DNA of 64,000 bases from Eledone cirrhosa (taxonomy: Eukaryota): assembly GCA_964016885.1 (NCBI GenBank), contig OZ024741.1, forward strand, positions 399,838,001-399,902,000, read 5' to 3'. This document shows positions 26,645-40,351 of this stretch, in pieces; position 1 is the stretch's first letter, and every line of letters begins with the position of its first letter. The notes under the pieces were generated by a model. It was not told the DNA's origin. It worked only from the letters and a program-made list of their open reading frames with translations, and ran no database searches. The translations under genes and the position numbers were made by a program.

Positions 26645-27202
26645 GTATGGTGAACTAACTGTTGTGTAACCACTTCTACCTAACTCGTCCCATGGACTGA
26701 GTGCTCTACCACTACGAATATTACCTTCCAGTGTTCTTCCACTATATATATATATATATATATAAATTATCCCTTTCCTTTATTTTCTTCTCTCTTTCTG
26801 GGTTACCTTCCCCTGCATGAACTCTCCTGCCTTTTCCCCAAAAGGGAAAACACATTCAGCCACGGTCAGCCATTTGCCTTCTTGCAGGGAAAGATATACA
26901 GAAATTACGGCTGTCTTCCTTGTGAAACCATGTTTGTGAATATTATTTTCTCTTCCTCCCCTCATTATTATTTTTATTACTTTTACTATTCTTATAATTA
27001 ATATTTGTTCTACAATTTGTACAAATATACAATTCCACAGCTACATTTCCACAATTTGACAATGCATAAAATGCTGAAACCAGTATCGTAAATAGATAAA
27101 CAAATAAATTAATGTTTTGATACTTCACTGAAAGAAGAACAATTTGTTTGCAACATTTTTTTTCTAATAATCGTTTCTCTCTCTCTCTGTATATATATAT
27201 AT

Positions 27203-27241
<39 letters not shown>

Positions 27242-27243
<2 letters not shown>

Positions 27244-27553
27244 TTTACGTCCGCTTTTCCCTGCTTGCAAGGGTGGGACGGGAACTGATTCTGGCTTGAT
27301 TTCTATAGCTGGATGCCCTTCCTAACACCAATCTCATTTACAGTGAGTGCTGGATGCTTTTTTGCCGTAGCACCTCCACGACCACTTTGCAGTGGAATGA
27401 TAGGGACCCCAGTCCCTATCATCTCATTTCTACAGCTGAGTGAACTGCAGAAATGCGAAATAAAGTGTCTTGCTCAAGGAAAAACATATCACTCGGTCTG
27501 AGAATTGAACTCACAACCTTTCGATTGCAATCCCAATGCTCTAACCATGTGCC
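27242..27553 (-). mobile_element. Same SINE family
   Basis: Reverse complement of 9351-9690 with (CAT)n tail. Confidence 0.87.
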
Positions 27554-27819
27554 TATATATATATTACCAGATCTATAAGCTATTTCAAGTCCTTTCTCTT
27601 ACTATCTACATGCCTTAAGTATCATCATTCATGGCTGACCAAAAAGGCATAACAACAATCACTCCCAAGATTTTTCTTGATTTCTGATATCAGTAGGATA
27701 TTAGTATGAGATATATGCAGATATGAAAGTATTTGCTTCTCTGAAACCTTTATTAGATAAAAGGTTTTCAATATGCTATCATTTGTTCATAATTTATTAG
27801 GGAAAAGAAGTCTACTTAC

Positions 27820-27915
27820 TGGAGGGCAAGTTATAATGCCACACGGATTAGTACATGTAACTTTGTTCTTGGCGCATTCACAAATATCACAGCCTCGGTT
27901 CCATTTTTCATAAGC
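27820..27915 (-). CDS. Exon 7; VWC-like first half
   Basis: tttaag/gtaagt; AYEKWNRGCDICECAKNKVTCTNPCGIITCPP (W..C..C.C pattern); 96 nt, phase 0 to 0. Confidence 0.87.
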
Positions 27916-28337
27916 CTTAAAATAAAATGTTATAAAAACAATTAAAATATAAAAATATAAAAGGAAAGGTGAAACAAACTTTACTCCCTCAGTTTGACAA
28001 CATATCTCAATGACACTCTTACAGAAAAGATGGTAAAAGTATTACTATGAAGAACAGCCAGTGATATCTACTGCATTAGTCATTCCCCCTCATAAAAGTC
28101 TTTCTTCAAGCACTATACCTTCATCCCAATTTAGTGGATCAAAATAGTAGCCAAACAAAGACACTGGAGACCAGAATAAATTTGGAATTTGTCTGTTATT
28201 TTCTGCTATTTGTCCATCTTCAGCTCCTCTGCATCGTAGCAGCTAGATATATCATCAAAGGCATAAAGGGATACGATTGCCACTGGAAAATGTGTCATAA
28301 CATGTAGCTTCCCAAATGAGTGACCTACACAATTTAA

Positions 28338-28605
28338 CCCTTTAGTATTTAAACTGGCCATATCTGGCCAGAATTTTCTTACTTCTTTTTGTTCAAACTG
28401 GCTGTAACTGACTGCCCATACTGATTTTAAGGCATCGTTCTCAAAATAAATAACACCAAAATAACACCAAAATCACCTAAAGGCTTTACCTCACTTAATT
28501 ATCTCACATAATATAGAGTCAATATTTTGTGAGATAATTAAGTGAGGTAAAGCCTTTACCACAAAAATACAATAGTATATATAGAGTAATGTAAATTGTA
28601 AAGGG
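28338..28605. mobile_element. Same piggyBac-like MITE, unexpanded
   Basis: TTAA|CCCTTTAGTATTT ... GTAAAGGG|TTAA. Confidence 0.8.
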
Positions 28606-29207
28606 TTAAACAATTGTGGTGGTAAGAAACTCTCAGGAGAGCTGGACATCAGCAGGTCTTCAGAGAAGAAACTCCTCTTTAAGCAGAGTTTCAGACCTTA
28701 ACTTCTTACATTCTAAGGGGGATGGGTTGCATCCCGGTCATGACTACTAGGGGCCCTTCTGCTGACATTTAGCCATTCAGATATCGGAGACTTGCTATGT
28801 ACTTAAACCATATGGAGATTTTGTTGACAGTATCTAGCTGGAAATCCTTTCTGTTGCCTTTGTTTTCAAACTTATATTTAGACACTGTCTTGTACAATAG
28901 TGTTTCTGGGTTATTGCCATTTATCAAGATTGTGTATCTCTCTTCTGTCACTCATTAGAATTCTTGAGAATATATAGTATTCTCTAAAGTATACATTGGC
29001 TGATTAACTTAATTTTAATACCAACTGATTTTACAGCTGGCTTTGCCAAAAATTAAATTGTTTCTCTCTGTCACCACTCGGACAAAAAGATGGTGATGGT
29101 CATCTTAAATACATAGTGTAATGAGGTTGTTTACTTGCGAATCCAACATTATTATTATTCGATATAAAACTCATGAATGCATTTACATATCCGCTATGTT
29201 AGAGCGA

Positions 29208-29355
29208 AAAATCAAATACTAACTGTACAATAAAACCAAATACTAACTGTACAATAAAACCAAATACTAACTGTACAATAAAATCAAATACTAACTGTAC
29301 AATAAAACCAAATACTAACTGTACAATAAAACCAAATACTAACTGTACAATAAAT
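29208..29355. repeat. 24-bp minisatellite
   Basis: aataaaaccaaatactaactgtac about 6 times. Confidence 0.9.
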
Positions 29356-29749
29356 ATTGTACAATATGTTTTGTTTCAATATTGTTTGAGATATTTTGTT
29401 AAAATAAGTTAATTTAAAGAAACAAGCAAATAAAAATGAAATCTTAGAACTGCATCAATCTTCAATGAGAGGCCATTCACCTAAGTTATTTTAGAAGTAA
29501 TGTCATATAATTAGAAAGTAGGAAGCCTCCCCCACACAGAAATACATGATAACCTGCATCAGTTACTCAGTATGGTCATTGAGCCTTAGAACAATCATCT
29601 CATCTATATTAACTTTTTATAAAGATATAGATTTATTATAATCGAAATAATTAACCTTTCCAGAGAATAATTACCCTGGAAATGGAAATATGGTAATAAA
29701 TACCTGGATGGGTATCATTCCTATAAGGGAGTAATTTAATTGGGTGTAT

Positions 29750-30180
29750 CAATTAACCACCCTGGTGGCTAGATTTGATAATACAGGTGTGCAATATTCA
29801 ATTCAACTACCTGGTGGCTAGATTTGATAATACAGGTATTTAATATATAATTAAACTACTTGGTGGGTAGATTTGATAATACAGGTGTGGTATATATAAT
29901 TAAATGACCCGGTGGGTAGATTTGACAATACAGGTATGGTATATTTAATTAAACTACCTCCTTGGTAGATTTGACAATGCACATATGTAATATATAATTA
30001 ACCCACCAGGGGATAGATTTGACAATACAGGTGTGGTATATATAATTAACCCATCTTTGGGTAGATTTGACAATACAGGTATGCAATATATAATTAAACT
30101 ACCTGGTGGGTAAATTTGATAATACATGTGGGGTATGTAATTAACCCACCTGGCAGTAGATTTGACAATACAGGTGTGAC
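29750..30180. repeat. Degenerate ~49-bp tandem repeat
   Basis: ggtagatttgacaatacagg recurs about 9 times. Confidence 0.85.
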
Positions 30181-30249
30181 ATAAAAGTTATACAATACAC
30201 TATAGTGAACACATATAAATTATATAATAATGGTGGATAAAGTTTCAAA

Positions 30250-30810
30250 AATGATAGTCCTAAAAATATGTAATGTCTTATAATAGTATATATACTAAAT
30301 CAATAGTCCTGGACATATGTACTGTCTATATTGGTATATATACTAGGTCAATAGTCCTAGAAATATGTACTGTCTATATTGGTATATATACTAGGTTGAT
30401 AGTCCTAGAAATATGTACTGCCTTATATTAGTATATATACTAGGTTGATAGTCCTAGAAATATGTACTGTATCATATTGGTATATATACTAGGTCAATAG
30501 TCCTAGACATATGTACTGTCTATATTAGTATATATACTAGGTTGATAGTCCTAGAAATATGTACTGTATCATATTGGTATATATACTAGGTTGATAGTCC
30601 TAGAAATATGTACTGCCTTATATTAGTATATATACTAGGTCAATAGTCCTAGAAATATGTACTGTATCATATTGGTATATATACTAGGTTGATAGTCCTA
30701 GAAATATGTACTGTCTTATATTAGTATATATACTAGGTTGATAGTCCTAGTAATATGTACTGTCTAATATTAGTATATGTACTAGGTCAATAGTCCTAGA
30801 AATTTATACT
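30250..30810. repeat. 48-49-bp tandem repeat
   Basis: tagtcctagaaatatgtactg..tatatatactagg about 11 times. Confidence 0.9.
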
Positions 30811-30936
30811 AGTTTGGTGACTCTATAACAATCATAACACACGGCTCCAAACTAGTTTCTTATTTTAATCTTCCGATGAAGGGATTTTAACCCCGAAATA
30901 TAAGGACCAATAAATAAACTAGCAAGTAACACACCA

Positions 30937-31875
30937 GGTGATGGTGGTTATAGTGGTGTTAGTAGTGGTGGTGGTGGTTGTGGTGGTATTGGTATTGATG
31001 GTGGTGTTGGTAGTAGCGGAGGTGTTGGTGGTGGTGGTGGTATTGGTGGTAGTGGTGGTAGTAGCGGAGGTGTTGGTGGCGGTGGTGGTGGTGGTAGTGG
31101 TGGTGGTGTTTATGGTGGTGGTGCTGTTTGTAGTGGTGGTGTTGGTAGTAGTGGATTTGGTGGTTGTGATGGTGATGATGGTGGCAATGGTGTTGGTTGC
31201 ATTGGTTGTTTTGGTTGTGGTTGTAGTGCTGGTGGTGGTGGTGGTTGTGGTGTTGGTGGTGGTTGTGATGATGGTGGTTGTTGTGGTGGTGGTGGTGGTT
31301 GTGATGCTAGTGGTTGTGGTGATGGTGGTGGTGGTGGTGGTTGTGGTGCTGGTGGTGGTTGTGGTGGTGGTTGTGGTAGTGAGGGTTGTGGTTGTGTTGG
31401 TTGTGATGCTGGTGGTTGTGATGCTGGTGGTTGTTGTGGTGGTGGTGGTTTTGGTGCTGGTAGTGGTCATGCTGGTGGGGGTTGTGGTGGTGGTTGTGAT
31501 GATGGTGGTGGGGGTTGTGCTGGTGGGGGTTTTGGTAGTGAGGGTTGTGGTGGTGCTGGTTGTGATGCTGGTGGTTGTGATGCTGGTGGTTGTTGTGGTG
31601 GTGGTTGTGGTTGTGGTGATTGTGGTGCTGGTGGTTGTGGTGCTGGTGGTTGTGGTGCTGGCGGTTGTGGTGCTGGTGGTGGTCATGGTGGTGGTGGTCA
31701 TGGTGGTGCTGGTGGTTGTGCTGGTGGTGGTGGTGGTTGTGATGCTGGTGGTGATTGTGGTGCTGGTGGTTGTGATGCTGGTGGTTGTGCTGGTGGTGGT
31801 GGTTGTGATGGTTGTGGTAGTGGGGGTTGTGGTGGTCTTAGTTGTATTGGTAGTGATGTTAGTGATAGTTATATT
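30937..31875. repeat. Degenerate (GTG/GTT/GTA)n trinucleotide tract, poly-Thr on the minus strand
   Basis: ~310 triplets without frame slips; a similar tract lies at 58750-58965. Confidence 0.85.
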
Positions 31876-31897
31876 ACCATTGTGAAATCCTACATAC

Positions 31898-31995
31898 CTC
31901 TCGGGTAACATTATTCACTTCATCTTTACAGCTGCACATGTCTTCGTTAACAGGACCTTTTGGACCTTCAGCAAAGCCTGGTGCTAACTCACAAC
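31898..31995 (-). CDS. Exon 6; TIL domain second half
   Basis: ttacag/gtatgt; GCELAPGFAEGPKGPVNEDMCSCKDEVNNVTRE; 98 nt, phase 1 to 0. Confidence 0.87.
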
Positions 31996-32046
31996 CTGTA
32001 AAAATAGAAACAAACAGTGAGGGAAGGACCCTTCTTGTAGCATTAG

Positions 32047-32813
32047 CCCTTTAGCATTTAAACCGGCCAGAATTCTCTCACTTCTCTCTAGCCACACATA
32101 CAGACGTTAAGGTATTGTTCTCAAAATAAATAACAAAATCTCATAGAGTCAATATTTTGTGAGATAATTATGTGAGATAAAGCCTTTACCACAAAAATAC
32201 AATAGTATATATAGAGTAATGTAAATGTTATGTGAGATATTATGTGAGGTAAAGCTTTTACTGTGAAAATACAATAGTATATATAGAGTAATGTAAATGT
32301 TATGTGAGATATTATGTGAGGTAAAGCTTTTACCACAAAAATACAATAGTATATATAGAGTAATGTAAATGTTATGTGAGATATTATGTGAGATAAAGCT
32401 TTTACTGTGAAAATACAATAGTATATATAGAGTAATGTAAATGTTATGTGAGATAATTATGTGAGATAAAGCCTTTACCACAAAAATACAATAGTATATA
32501 TAGAGTAATGTAAATGTTATGTGAGATATTATGTGAGGTAAAGCTTTTACCACAAAAATACAATAGTATATATAGAGTAATGTAAATGTTATGTGAGATA
32601 TTATGTGAGGTTAAGCCTTTACAGTGAAAATACAATAGTATATATAGAGTAATGTAAATGTTATGTGAGATAATTATGTGAGATAAAGCCTTTACCACAA
32701 AAATACAATAGTATATATAGAGTAATATAAATGTTATGTGAGATATTATGTGAGATAAAGACTTTACTGCGAAAATACAATAGTATATATAGAGTAATGT
32801 AAATGCTAATGGG
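32047..32813. mobile_element. Same piggyBac-like MITE with ~9 x 72-bp units
   Basis: TTAG|CCCTTTAGCATTT ... AAATGCTAATGGG|TTAA; opposite orientation to the 52429 copy. Confidence 0.85.
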
Positions 32814-34235
32814 TTAAAGTTCTCAGCTTTACTGTGGCTAACTAAAGCGTGGCTTAGAGGCTACAGAGCTGGATTCAGAACTCTGAGGTTCTGAGTTTGA
32901 TTCCCAGGACGGGCGATGTATTGTGTCCTTGATCAAGACACTTCTTTTACATTACTACTTCTGCCATGATTTGTGACCAGAAGCTAGTGCCAGTAATGGA
33001 ATGACCAATGGAAACATTATTTCCTTGGTTTGATATGATGAGTTCTACCTCACTTGTCGATTCAGATATATGCATGCAACAAAAGTATTTTCTTTTCTAA
33101 AGTTTTTCTGCATCTTATTTGCTGATGAAGTCCATCGCTAGTTTTCCTAAATTCTACTGCTTCACTTTTTGTCAATAGAGACACTACTTTCTTCTAATAT
33201 TTTTTATGTGTAGTGGTAGGTCATAGGGACAGCATCTGTCTCAAACCACGAGGCCCATCAGGTTGGTGCTTATCGCGATTTCCATGGCATTAAGTGGCTG
33301 AGAGTACAAACTCCCTCTAGATAGGACACTAGTCCATCACAGAGTTAAACAACCAGCTATTGTTGCTGATACTCATTTTCAGCTGAGTTTACTGGAGCAC
33401 TGTGAAATGAAGTGCTTTGCTCAAAAACACAACACACAACCGAGGCCAGAAATTAAACCCTTGACATCATGATTGTAAGTCCAACCAACACCATTACCAC
33501 TAGGCTACACACCTCCACAAAGGTTATAGGAGGTCAATTTATTTTAACATTTTAGTGGTTCTTTGTTTTATTGGTCTCAGAGATCAATGAAGAGTCAAGG
33601 ACAAATGGATTTAGTATTCCAAATATGTGAGGCTAAGAGATATTATTAATCTTCTAAATCAGAGCTATAACATGTTAATGGTTTTACTGCCATATAGTCT
33701 TAAATTCTGATGGAGTTATAGGTATGCCATTACATAAGGTGTGTCTTGGACATCAAAACCCTGAAAAAGCCACTCTCAAGATTTGACAACAGCTAATTAC
33801 TTCAAGAGAGAAAGAGGAAGAGAGATAAGAATAAGGACTGACACAAGTATTGAACTCATATTTTATTCATTGCCCACCTCACTCCCCAAAGAATGAAAGG
33901 CAAAGTTGACCTCAGTGAGATTTGAACTAAGAATGCAGAGAGTTGGAGCAGATTTTGCAACAAATTCTATTTAACCGGTATAAAAATATTCGCAGTTGTA
34001 TAAAAATATAATATAATGCATACATATATTTTTGTGTTTTCGTTCTGTAAGCATTAAATTATTATATTGTTATACAACTGTGAATAAAAGATTTTATACC
34101 AGTTAAGATCTATTTAACAATCAAATAATTTACCACTTTGCCACTTAATATTTAAAAAAAACTCAAACTGCTTAACACCAGCCCTGGTTCTATAATACAA
34201 AACTGTTTGTGTTAAAGTGTTTATATTTATCTAAC

Positions 34236-34568
34236 ACATGGCTTAGTGGTTAGAGCATTGGTCTTGCAATTGAAAGGTTGTGAGTTCAATTCTCAGACCG
34301 GGTGATGTGTTGTTTCCTTGAGCAAGACACTTTATTTCACATTGCTCCAGTTTACTCAGCTGTAGAAATGAGATGATAGGACTGGGGTCCATATCATTCC
34401 ACTGCAAAGTGGTCGTGGAGGTGCCACGGCAAAAAAGCACCCAGCACTCACTGTAAATGAGGTTGGTGTTAGGAAGAGCATCCAGCTGTAGAAATCAAGC
34501 CAGAATCAGTTCCCATCCCACCCTTGCAAGCAGGGAAAAGCGGACGTAAAATGATGATGATGATGATA
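34236..34568 (+). mobile_element. Same SINE family
   Basis: Near-identical to 9351-9690. Confidence 0.88.
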
Positions 34569-34593
34569 CTTCCATTATGATTTTACAATTTTG

Positions 34594-34773
34594 GGTGGTG
34601 GATTGGCAGTATCGGTAGAGGGTCGGACGCCATGCTTTGACACAGCCCTTGCCATTCTGAGTTCAAATCTAGCTGAGGTTAACTTTGCCTTTCATCCTTA
34701 TGGGGTCGATAAAATAAAGTACCAGTAATGCACTGGGTAATTGCTGGCCTTGTGCCAAAAGTAGAAACAATTA
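34594..34773 (+). mobile_element. Second SINE family with a Nin/Deu-like central domain; copies at 625-741(+), 7933-8150(-), 8521-8710(-), 20041-20215(+), 38201-38360(+)
   Basis: GAGTTCAAAT B box followed by ctttgcctttcatcctt..ggggtcgataaaataaagtaccag. Confidence 0.8.
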
Positions 34774-35944
34774 TAATTCTACATAAGGACATTTGTTAAT
34801 ATATACTCCAAATATAAACTTAATTATGAGAAAGTTGGTCGTTTTTACTAAATCTCTCCAAATTTGTTATCATTTTCAATATTATTTGAAAATCATTGAC
34901 AGTTCTTTCATTAGAAATATAGTAATAAAAGGGTTAATGACATAGGTAGTGTCTTTCATTAGAAATATGGTGAAAGGGTTAATATGTTGGGTACATATAA
35001 TGGACCAAAGCTACAGATATCTATCATCATTATTCTCACTAAGTAATCAATGCTTGTAATCATATAATCAAATAATAAATACAAATAAATAAATAAGTAA
35101 ATAAGTGTTGTTGTTCTCTCTCTTTCACTACCTCTCTCTCTCTCACTCTCCCCCTCTTTCACTGTTATATGGTTGTTGTTCTCTCCCTCTTTCACTACAT
35201 CCATCTCTCTCACTCTCCCCATCTCTCACTGTTATATGCAAATGAGGGGCCCACATGCTGTCCACCCTGCAGCCCTAGAAGGCAGAATAGAGAAGGTGTT
35301 TCCCCAGAAGATGGTGAGGGAAACATATTAGAAGAGTCATTCTAACTCGCAAGGCTCACACCTGCAGGTAACCAACATTATTTCTATTACTTTTTATTTT
35401 TGAGATTTAATATATTAATTTATTCCAATATTTCTTCTAATCAAAAGAAATGTTAACAAAAGTTGATACAAATTTTTAACAGCTCCAAGTTACAAAATTT
35501 ATTTATATCTGAGTTTATTTTTATTAGGATAAACTTACAGAAAAAGAAAGTAGTATTGGAAAGAACTATAAATGTCATAAATGGGAGGAAAAGGAGAGGA
35601 AGAGAAAGGATTACAAGACAGAGGAAGAAAGAAAGAAGGGGAGAGGATGACAGTCTCTACACCTAAGTCAGAGCAGTGTTTTGGCTGTGCCCCACTGACA
35701 AAATGGCAAAGGTGTTTTATAATAGTCTTCCTTTTTTATGAGAGGGATTTCAGGGAAATTCCACTGCTATTTCTAGCATATCAAACAACCATGTAGATCA
35801 GTGGTTCACTTTGCCACAGTAATTATTGTGGAGAGTTTAATTATTAGCAAAAATGGTGTAGTTTTTTTCTTTTTAATTGCAACAAAATTTTATATTTATA
35901 TATATTTTAATTTGTTCTATAAAAAATATTGACAAAATGACAAA

Positions 35945-36240
35945 GGCAGCCACGCCACCTTGTGGGACTCCTTCCTCAGACAGGCTACTATTGATCAGAT
36001 TTTATGGAGGAGGTCATCTGTACAGGGACCAAGGACTCCTGAGGTCTCGACGGTGACCTGTGCAAAGAGAAAGCAGCCAGACAAGCTCCAGTATTTACTT
36101 GTCTTCCTGTCCTCTGCATTGAGGGCTGCAGAAGCGGGGTTCATGGCCAACACAAGTGAGTTGGAGGCAAAGAACATATCACAGCATGTCGAGTCCCAGA
36201 TGAGGGATTTACCTCCTTCAAAAGGGAAGAGGGTAATTGT
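35945..36240 (-). mobile_element. CRE-like RLE fragment abutting the exon 5 donor; another remnant at 35245-35370
   Basis: TLFPFEGGKSLIWDSTCCD..AEDRKTSKY..VETSGVLGP. Confidence 0.78.
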
Positions 36241-36264
36241 GGAGGATAAAGATTTGAAACCAAC

Positions 36265-36378
36265 CTTCAACACATGGATATGTTTCATTCTTCAAACATC
36301 CTTCTGGTGGTGTGACAGAATGACAGTAATTGTCACATTTCTTCTTACAGGGAGTTTTCACGTAAGGGTATTTGCACT
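36265..36378 (-). CDS. Exon 5; TIL domain first half
   Basis: ctacag/gttggt; ECKYPYVKTPCKKKCDNYCHSVTPPEGCLKNETYPCVEG; 114 nt, phase 1 to 1. Confidence 0.88.
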
Positions 36379-36438
36379 CTGTAGACATAATACATTGATT
36401 TATTAGTTTGGGCAAAAATTCATATATTTATGAAATAA

Positions 36439-36513
<75 letters not shown>

Positions 36514-37760
36514 GAGAGAGAGAGAAAAGTTGAAGCTGGAAATAGCACGGAAAATATATTTAAGGGTCTGTTTTTCTTTTTTTATCCTTTCTTTGATTCA
36601 TCAAAGTGTCATTATTGAAAAGATGACATTATTGAAAAAATCAGAGGGACAATTCTTTTTATTCAATTCAAGTATAATTTAAGTATATAAAGTATTACTG
36701 GTTTCGATGTATTATCAAAATTTAACTTATCAAATGTTGAGTATTGAAATAAAAAATTAAAAAGAAATAATAGGAGTTAAAAACTAAAAATTAAAAATCA
36801 AATGTTGGAGTTTGCTTTTATCGCTACTTCCTTGCTCAAAATTTGGCTCTTCCCTATATATATATATATGTTACTGTTTCTAATGAAATAATTTTAAAAA
36901 AATGTTTATTTGTATTGGTAAGCTGAATTTTAGGCTTCAATAGTAACTATCAGCAGCACTTTGATCAATCTATACTTTTGTCAGACAACTTGATTAATTA
37001 CTTCGTGTATTAATCAATATTTTAATACACACAGACTAAGAAAACTACAGACAAAAATATGAACTTTCTTCTCTAAATATGATGTAAAAATTAAATTATT
37101 TTTTTTTCCATTTTATTATTATTCGTATAAATATGCAATTTAGCTGCACTATACACTTCCATCATTGAAAAAGCATATAAAGCTGAAACCGATATACGAT
37201 TAAATGCAGAAATCCCTACTGTATTTTTTTTCCTTTTTACTATTTGTTTATATATATCAACTCGTGTGTCACATCTCTACATTCGATATATATATATATT
37301 TAATTGATTGATTTACGAACGTTTCTATCAATACAGTAAGAGATTCCATTTTTTTCTCTGTATTGAATTCCTCAGAATCTATTATCTATCTAGGGCAGGT
37401 AAAATTCCTGAGATCCATGGACAAGTTCTCTCCAGCGGTCTCTGTCCCTCATTATCACTGCCAAGTCCTGCGTCTCCAAGAGACCAGTGTCTGTCCTTAG
37501 GGCATCAATATATGTTAACCTCGGTCTTCATCTTCCAGTGTGTCCATGCAGGGGCTCCCACATTAATCAGTATACACTGAGGATGAAGAACTCAGAGCTG
37601 TATGGGAGCCTCCCAAATGTCAGATCGAAAGTGACACAGAAGAGATTGAGGTTAGCTGGACATGCTCACCAACATCCAGAGAATCTATTAAACAACATAA
37701 ATAACATAATTATTTACCAACAATGTCTGAACATCTGCATTCGGAAAATATAAATATATA

Positions 37761-38792
37761 TAGGGTGTCCCAGAATTAATTTTCTATTCCAGTGAAATTG
37801 GACCATTTTTTAAAAACTCACTTTTATTTCTGTTCATGTTTAATATGTGTTAGAAGTGTATAAATTTCTAACTTTTGTTTAATGGACAACATGTTATTCA
37901 CTGTTGAGGTGACTTTCCACATGTGTAGTAAAGTCACTTGACACAATTGCCATATTTGGTCCAATGAAAAACCATCTGAAGTCATAGAATGGCAAAGAGA
38001 CTCTCTAAAAGTTAATGTATGGCTTGGAATGACTAACTCAAAGATGTATGGCTCATTCTTCTTTAAGGAAGCATCTGTAACAGGTATCATCTACTTTGAT
38101 ATGCTTTAGTAGTTTCTCAAACCACAGTTTCACGATGATGGCATTCTTAATAATGTTGTGTTTCAACAAAATGGAACACCATGTCATTATACTTTAATTT
38201 GGATTGGCAGATTTGCAGCAAAGAGTTATGGCCCCTTATGGTCTGAGTTCAAATTCCGCCGAGGTTAACTTTGCCTTTCATCCTTATGGAGTCGATAAAA
38301 TAAAGTACCAGTAATACACTGGGATAATTGCTGGCCTTGTGCCAAAACTAGAAACAATTATACTTTAATTATTTAATAGTACCACAACAGACACTTTCCA
38401 AATCTGTGAATTAGAGGTGGAGGACTTTGACCTGGCCTCCACATTCTCTGGATTTGACCCCTGGATTTCTTTGCATGGGGGTTTCATAAAAACAAAGGTT
38501 TATTGCCAAAAGGATTAATAGTTTAGCTGAGATTAAAGAACACATTTAGTTAACAGTGCAGAAGATAACTCCTGAAATGCTTCAAAATGTGTTTCACAAA
38601 GTTAAAGATAGATTTGAAATATGCAGGGATACAGATGGAGCACAGGTTTTAAAATTTCAATAAAGTTTTCATGTAAAATTTATAAATCTATTTCTTTTGT
38701 ATCATAATTAAGTAATAAACATAAATTTTGTAAATTTATTTTTAAATTTTCCCAATTTCACTGGAATAAATATTTAATTCTGGGACACCCTG
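37761..38792 (+). mobile_element. Decayed Tc1/mariner-superfamily element with a nested SINE
   Basis: TIR (C)AGGGTGTCCCAGAATTAA at both ends, TA flanks; remnants KVNVWLG, VFQQNGTPCHY, WPPHSLDLTP.DFFAWG. Confidence 0.85.
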
Positions 38793-38969
38793 TATATATT
38801 GTTTACTATTTGCATTACTTGCAATTCAGAAAGTAAAGAGCCAAGAGCCTGAACAAATATTGCAATGGAATTTTATCTGATACGCTACCAATTCTGCCAA
38901 TCGACCACCCTCAACTATTGTTGTAATATTGAAAATGAAATTTAATTAAAAAAATAAATAAACACCCAC

Positions 38970-39101
38970 CTATTGTAGTTGGTGGAGAAGTAGACCCAAA
39001 TGGTGTTGTTAAAGTGAAGCCAGTACCAGTCTGATATGGTGAAAAGGTTGTAAGTGTTGACAGCGTTGTGTATACAGTTGTTGGGGCCAGTGTTGTAGAG
39101 G
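38970..39101 (-). CDS. Exon 4; Thr/Ser/Pro-rich mucin-like linker
   Basis: tttag/gtgggt; TSTTLAPTTVYTTLSTLTTFSPYQTGTGFTLTTPFGSTSPPTTI; 132 nt, phase 1 to 1. Confidence 0.82.
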
Positions 39102-39699
39102 CTAAACAATAAACAATAATATTATATTAGACACATAGACCAGGAAAAAACACATTGATTATTCATTGTGTTTTGAACCTTTTTCCTTTTTACATTTGAA
39201 AAGAGAGTATTAGCCCTGAAATATATTAAAATATATTGGGAAAAAACATTATATAAGACACTTAGACAAATTAGGGAAGAACACATTGGTCATTTGTTTT
39301 GTTTTGAACCGTTTTCGTTTTTACATTTGAAAAGGAAGTATTAGCCCTGAAATATTACCTTGAAAAATACTGGGTAAAAACATATTATTTTTGAATTTGG
39401 TAAACTTTATTCCTTCTCACATTTCCTGAAGAAATGCAGTTTATGTAATATGTATAGTGTTAATAAGAGCTAATTAATTTTTTTTTTTTGTTGGAAGTAA
39501 TTAAAATGTTTAATAGAAAATTTAAATATTAAAGTTATAAACTGTCATTATAATCCTGCAATATAAATTAATGAGTCGGCTAGTTATAAGTAATTATGAA
39601 TCACTACCTCCTTACAGATAACTGCCGCTGCACACTAGGTCCGAACACAGAAGAGACAAAATCCCACTGTCATTGCCTCCATCTCTCTCTATTATGAGC

Positions 39700-40300
39700 A
39701 AATGGGGTCCCACGTTCTAGCCACCCTGGCGGACAGAATGGAGAAGGCGTTTCTTCAGAGGATGGTAAGGGAGATGCGTTGGAAAAGCCATTCCATCTCG
39801 CGAGGCTCACACCTGTGGCTAGCCAGCTCAGCGCCTATGATGGTAAATAGGAAGGTAGCCCTAGGACCAAGGACAGCAGAAGTCTCCACTGCTAGGGGCT
39901 CACTTCAAATCTGTGGGAGAGTGACCGATACTTGGAGATTTTATCATCCTCAGCCCGAAGTGCAGCAGAACCTGGGTTAGTCACAGACTGCACCAGGTTG
40001 CAACTGGAGAATGTGTTGCTGCAAGTGGCATCCCAGACAAGGGGTTTACCACCATGGAACAGTAAGATGGTCATACCATCTGGCCTTTTGCCATCCCCTC
40101 AGTCCAGCCCCACCAGCTCCAGTTTGGAGGGAAAGCATGCAGCATCCAAGCCATGCTTTATGACCTCATTGAGGACGGCATGGTGTGGAATGTGGCCAGC
40201 ACTGTAGCGACAGGAAAGTGCTGGTGGATCTGCAGCTACATTGGTGTGGCTTGCAGATCTGGAGGCCAAGCCTCAGGGAAACCCCGATGCACAGGCTATC
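39700..40300 (-). mobile_element. CRE-like non-LTR retrotransposon C-terminal fragment (restriction-like endonuclease)
   Basis: LSC..H remnant, GKRPDGMTILLFHGGKPLVWDATC, AED.K.SKY, AVETS motifs; frameshifted. Confidence 0.8.
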
Positions 40301-40351
40301 ATTGTCCAATTAATTATTTCTGAATGCTTTTGTATGCATGTACTATTGTAA

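Noticed and set aside
28119-28242. Possible extra minus-strand exon (LLRCRGAEDG...WDE) with AG/GT ends
   Set aside because: 124 nt, phase 0 to 1, incompatible with the 0-0 junction of exons 6 and 7; no domain similarity.
30866-30906. CCGATGA-AGGG..CCCC-GAAATATA hammerhead-like motif
   Set aside because: U4 changed to C and weak stem I; counted only as a decayed relic. 37166-37200 and 18440-18470 are weaker still.
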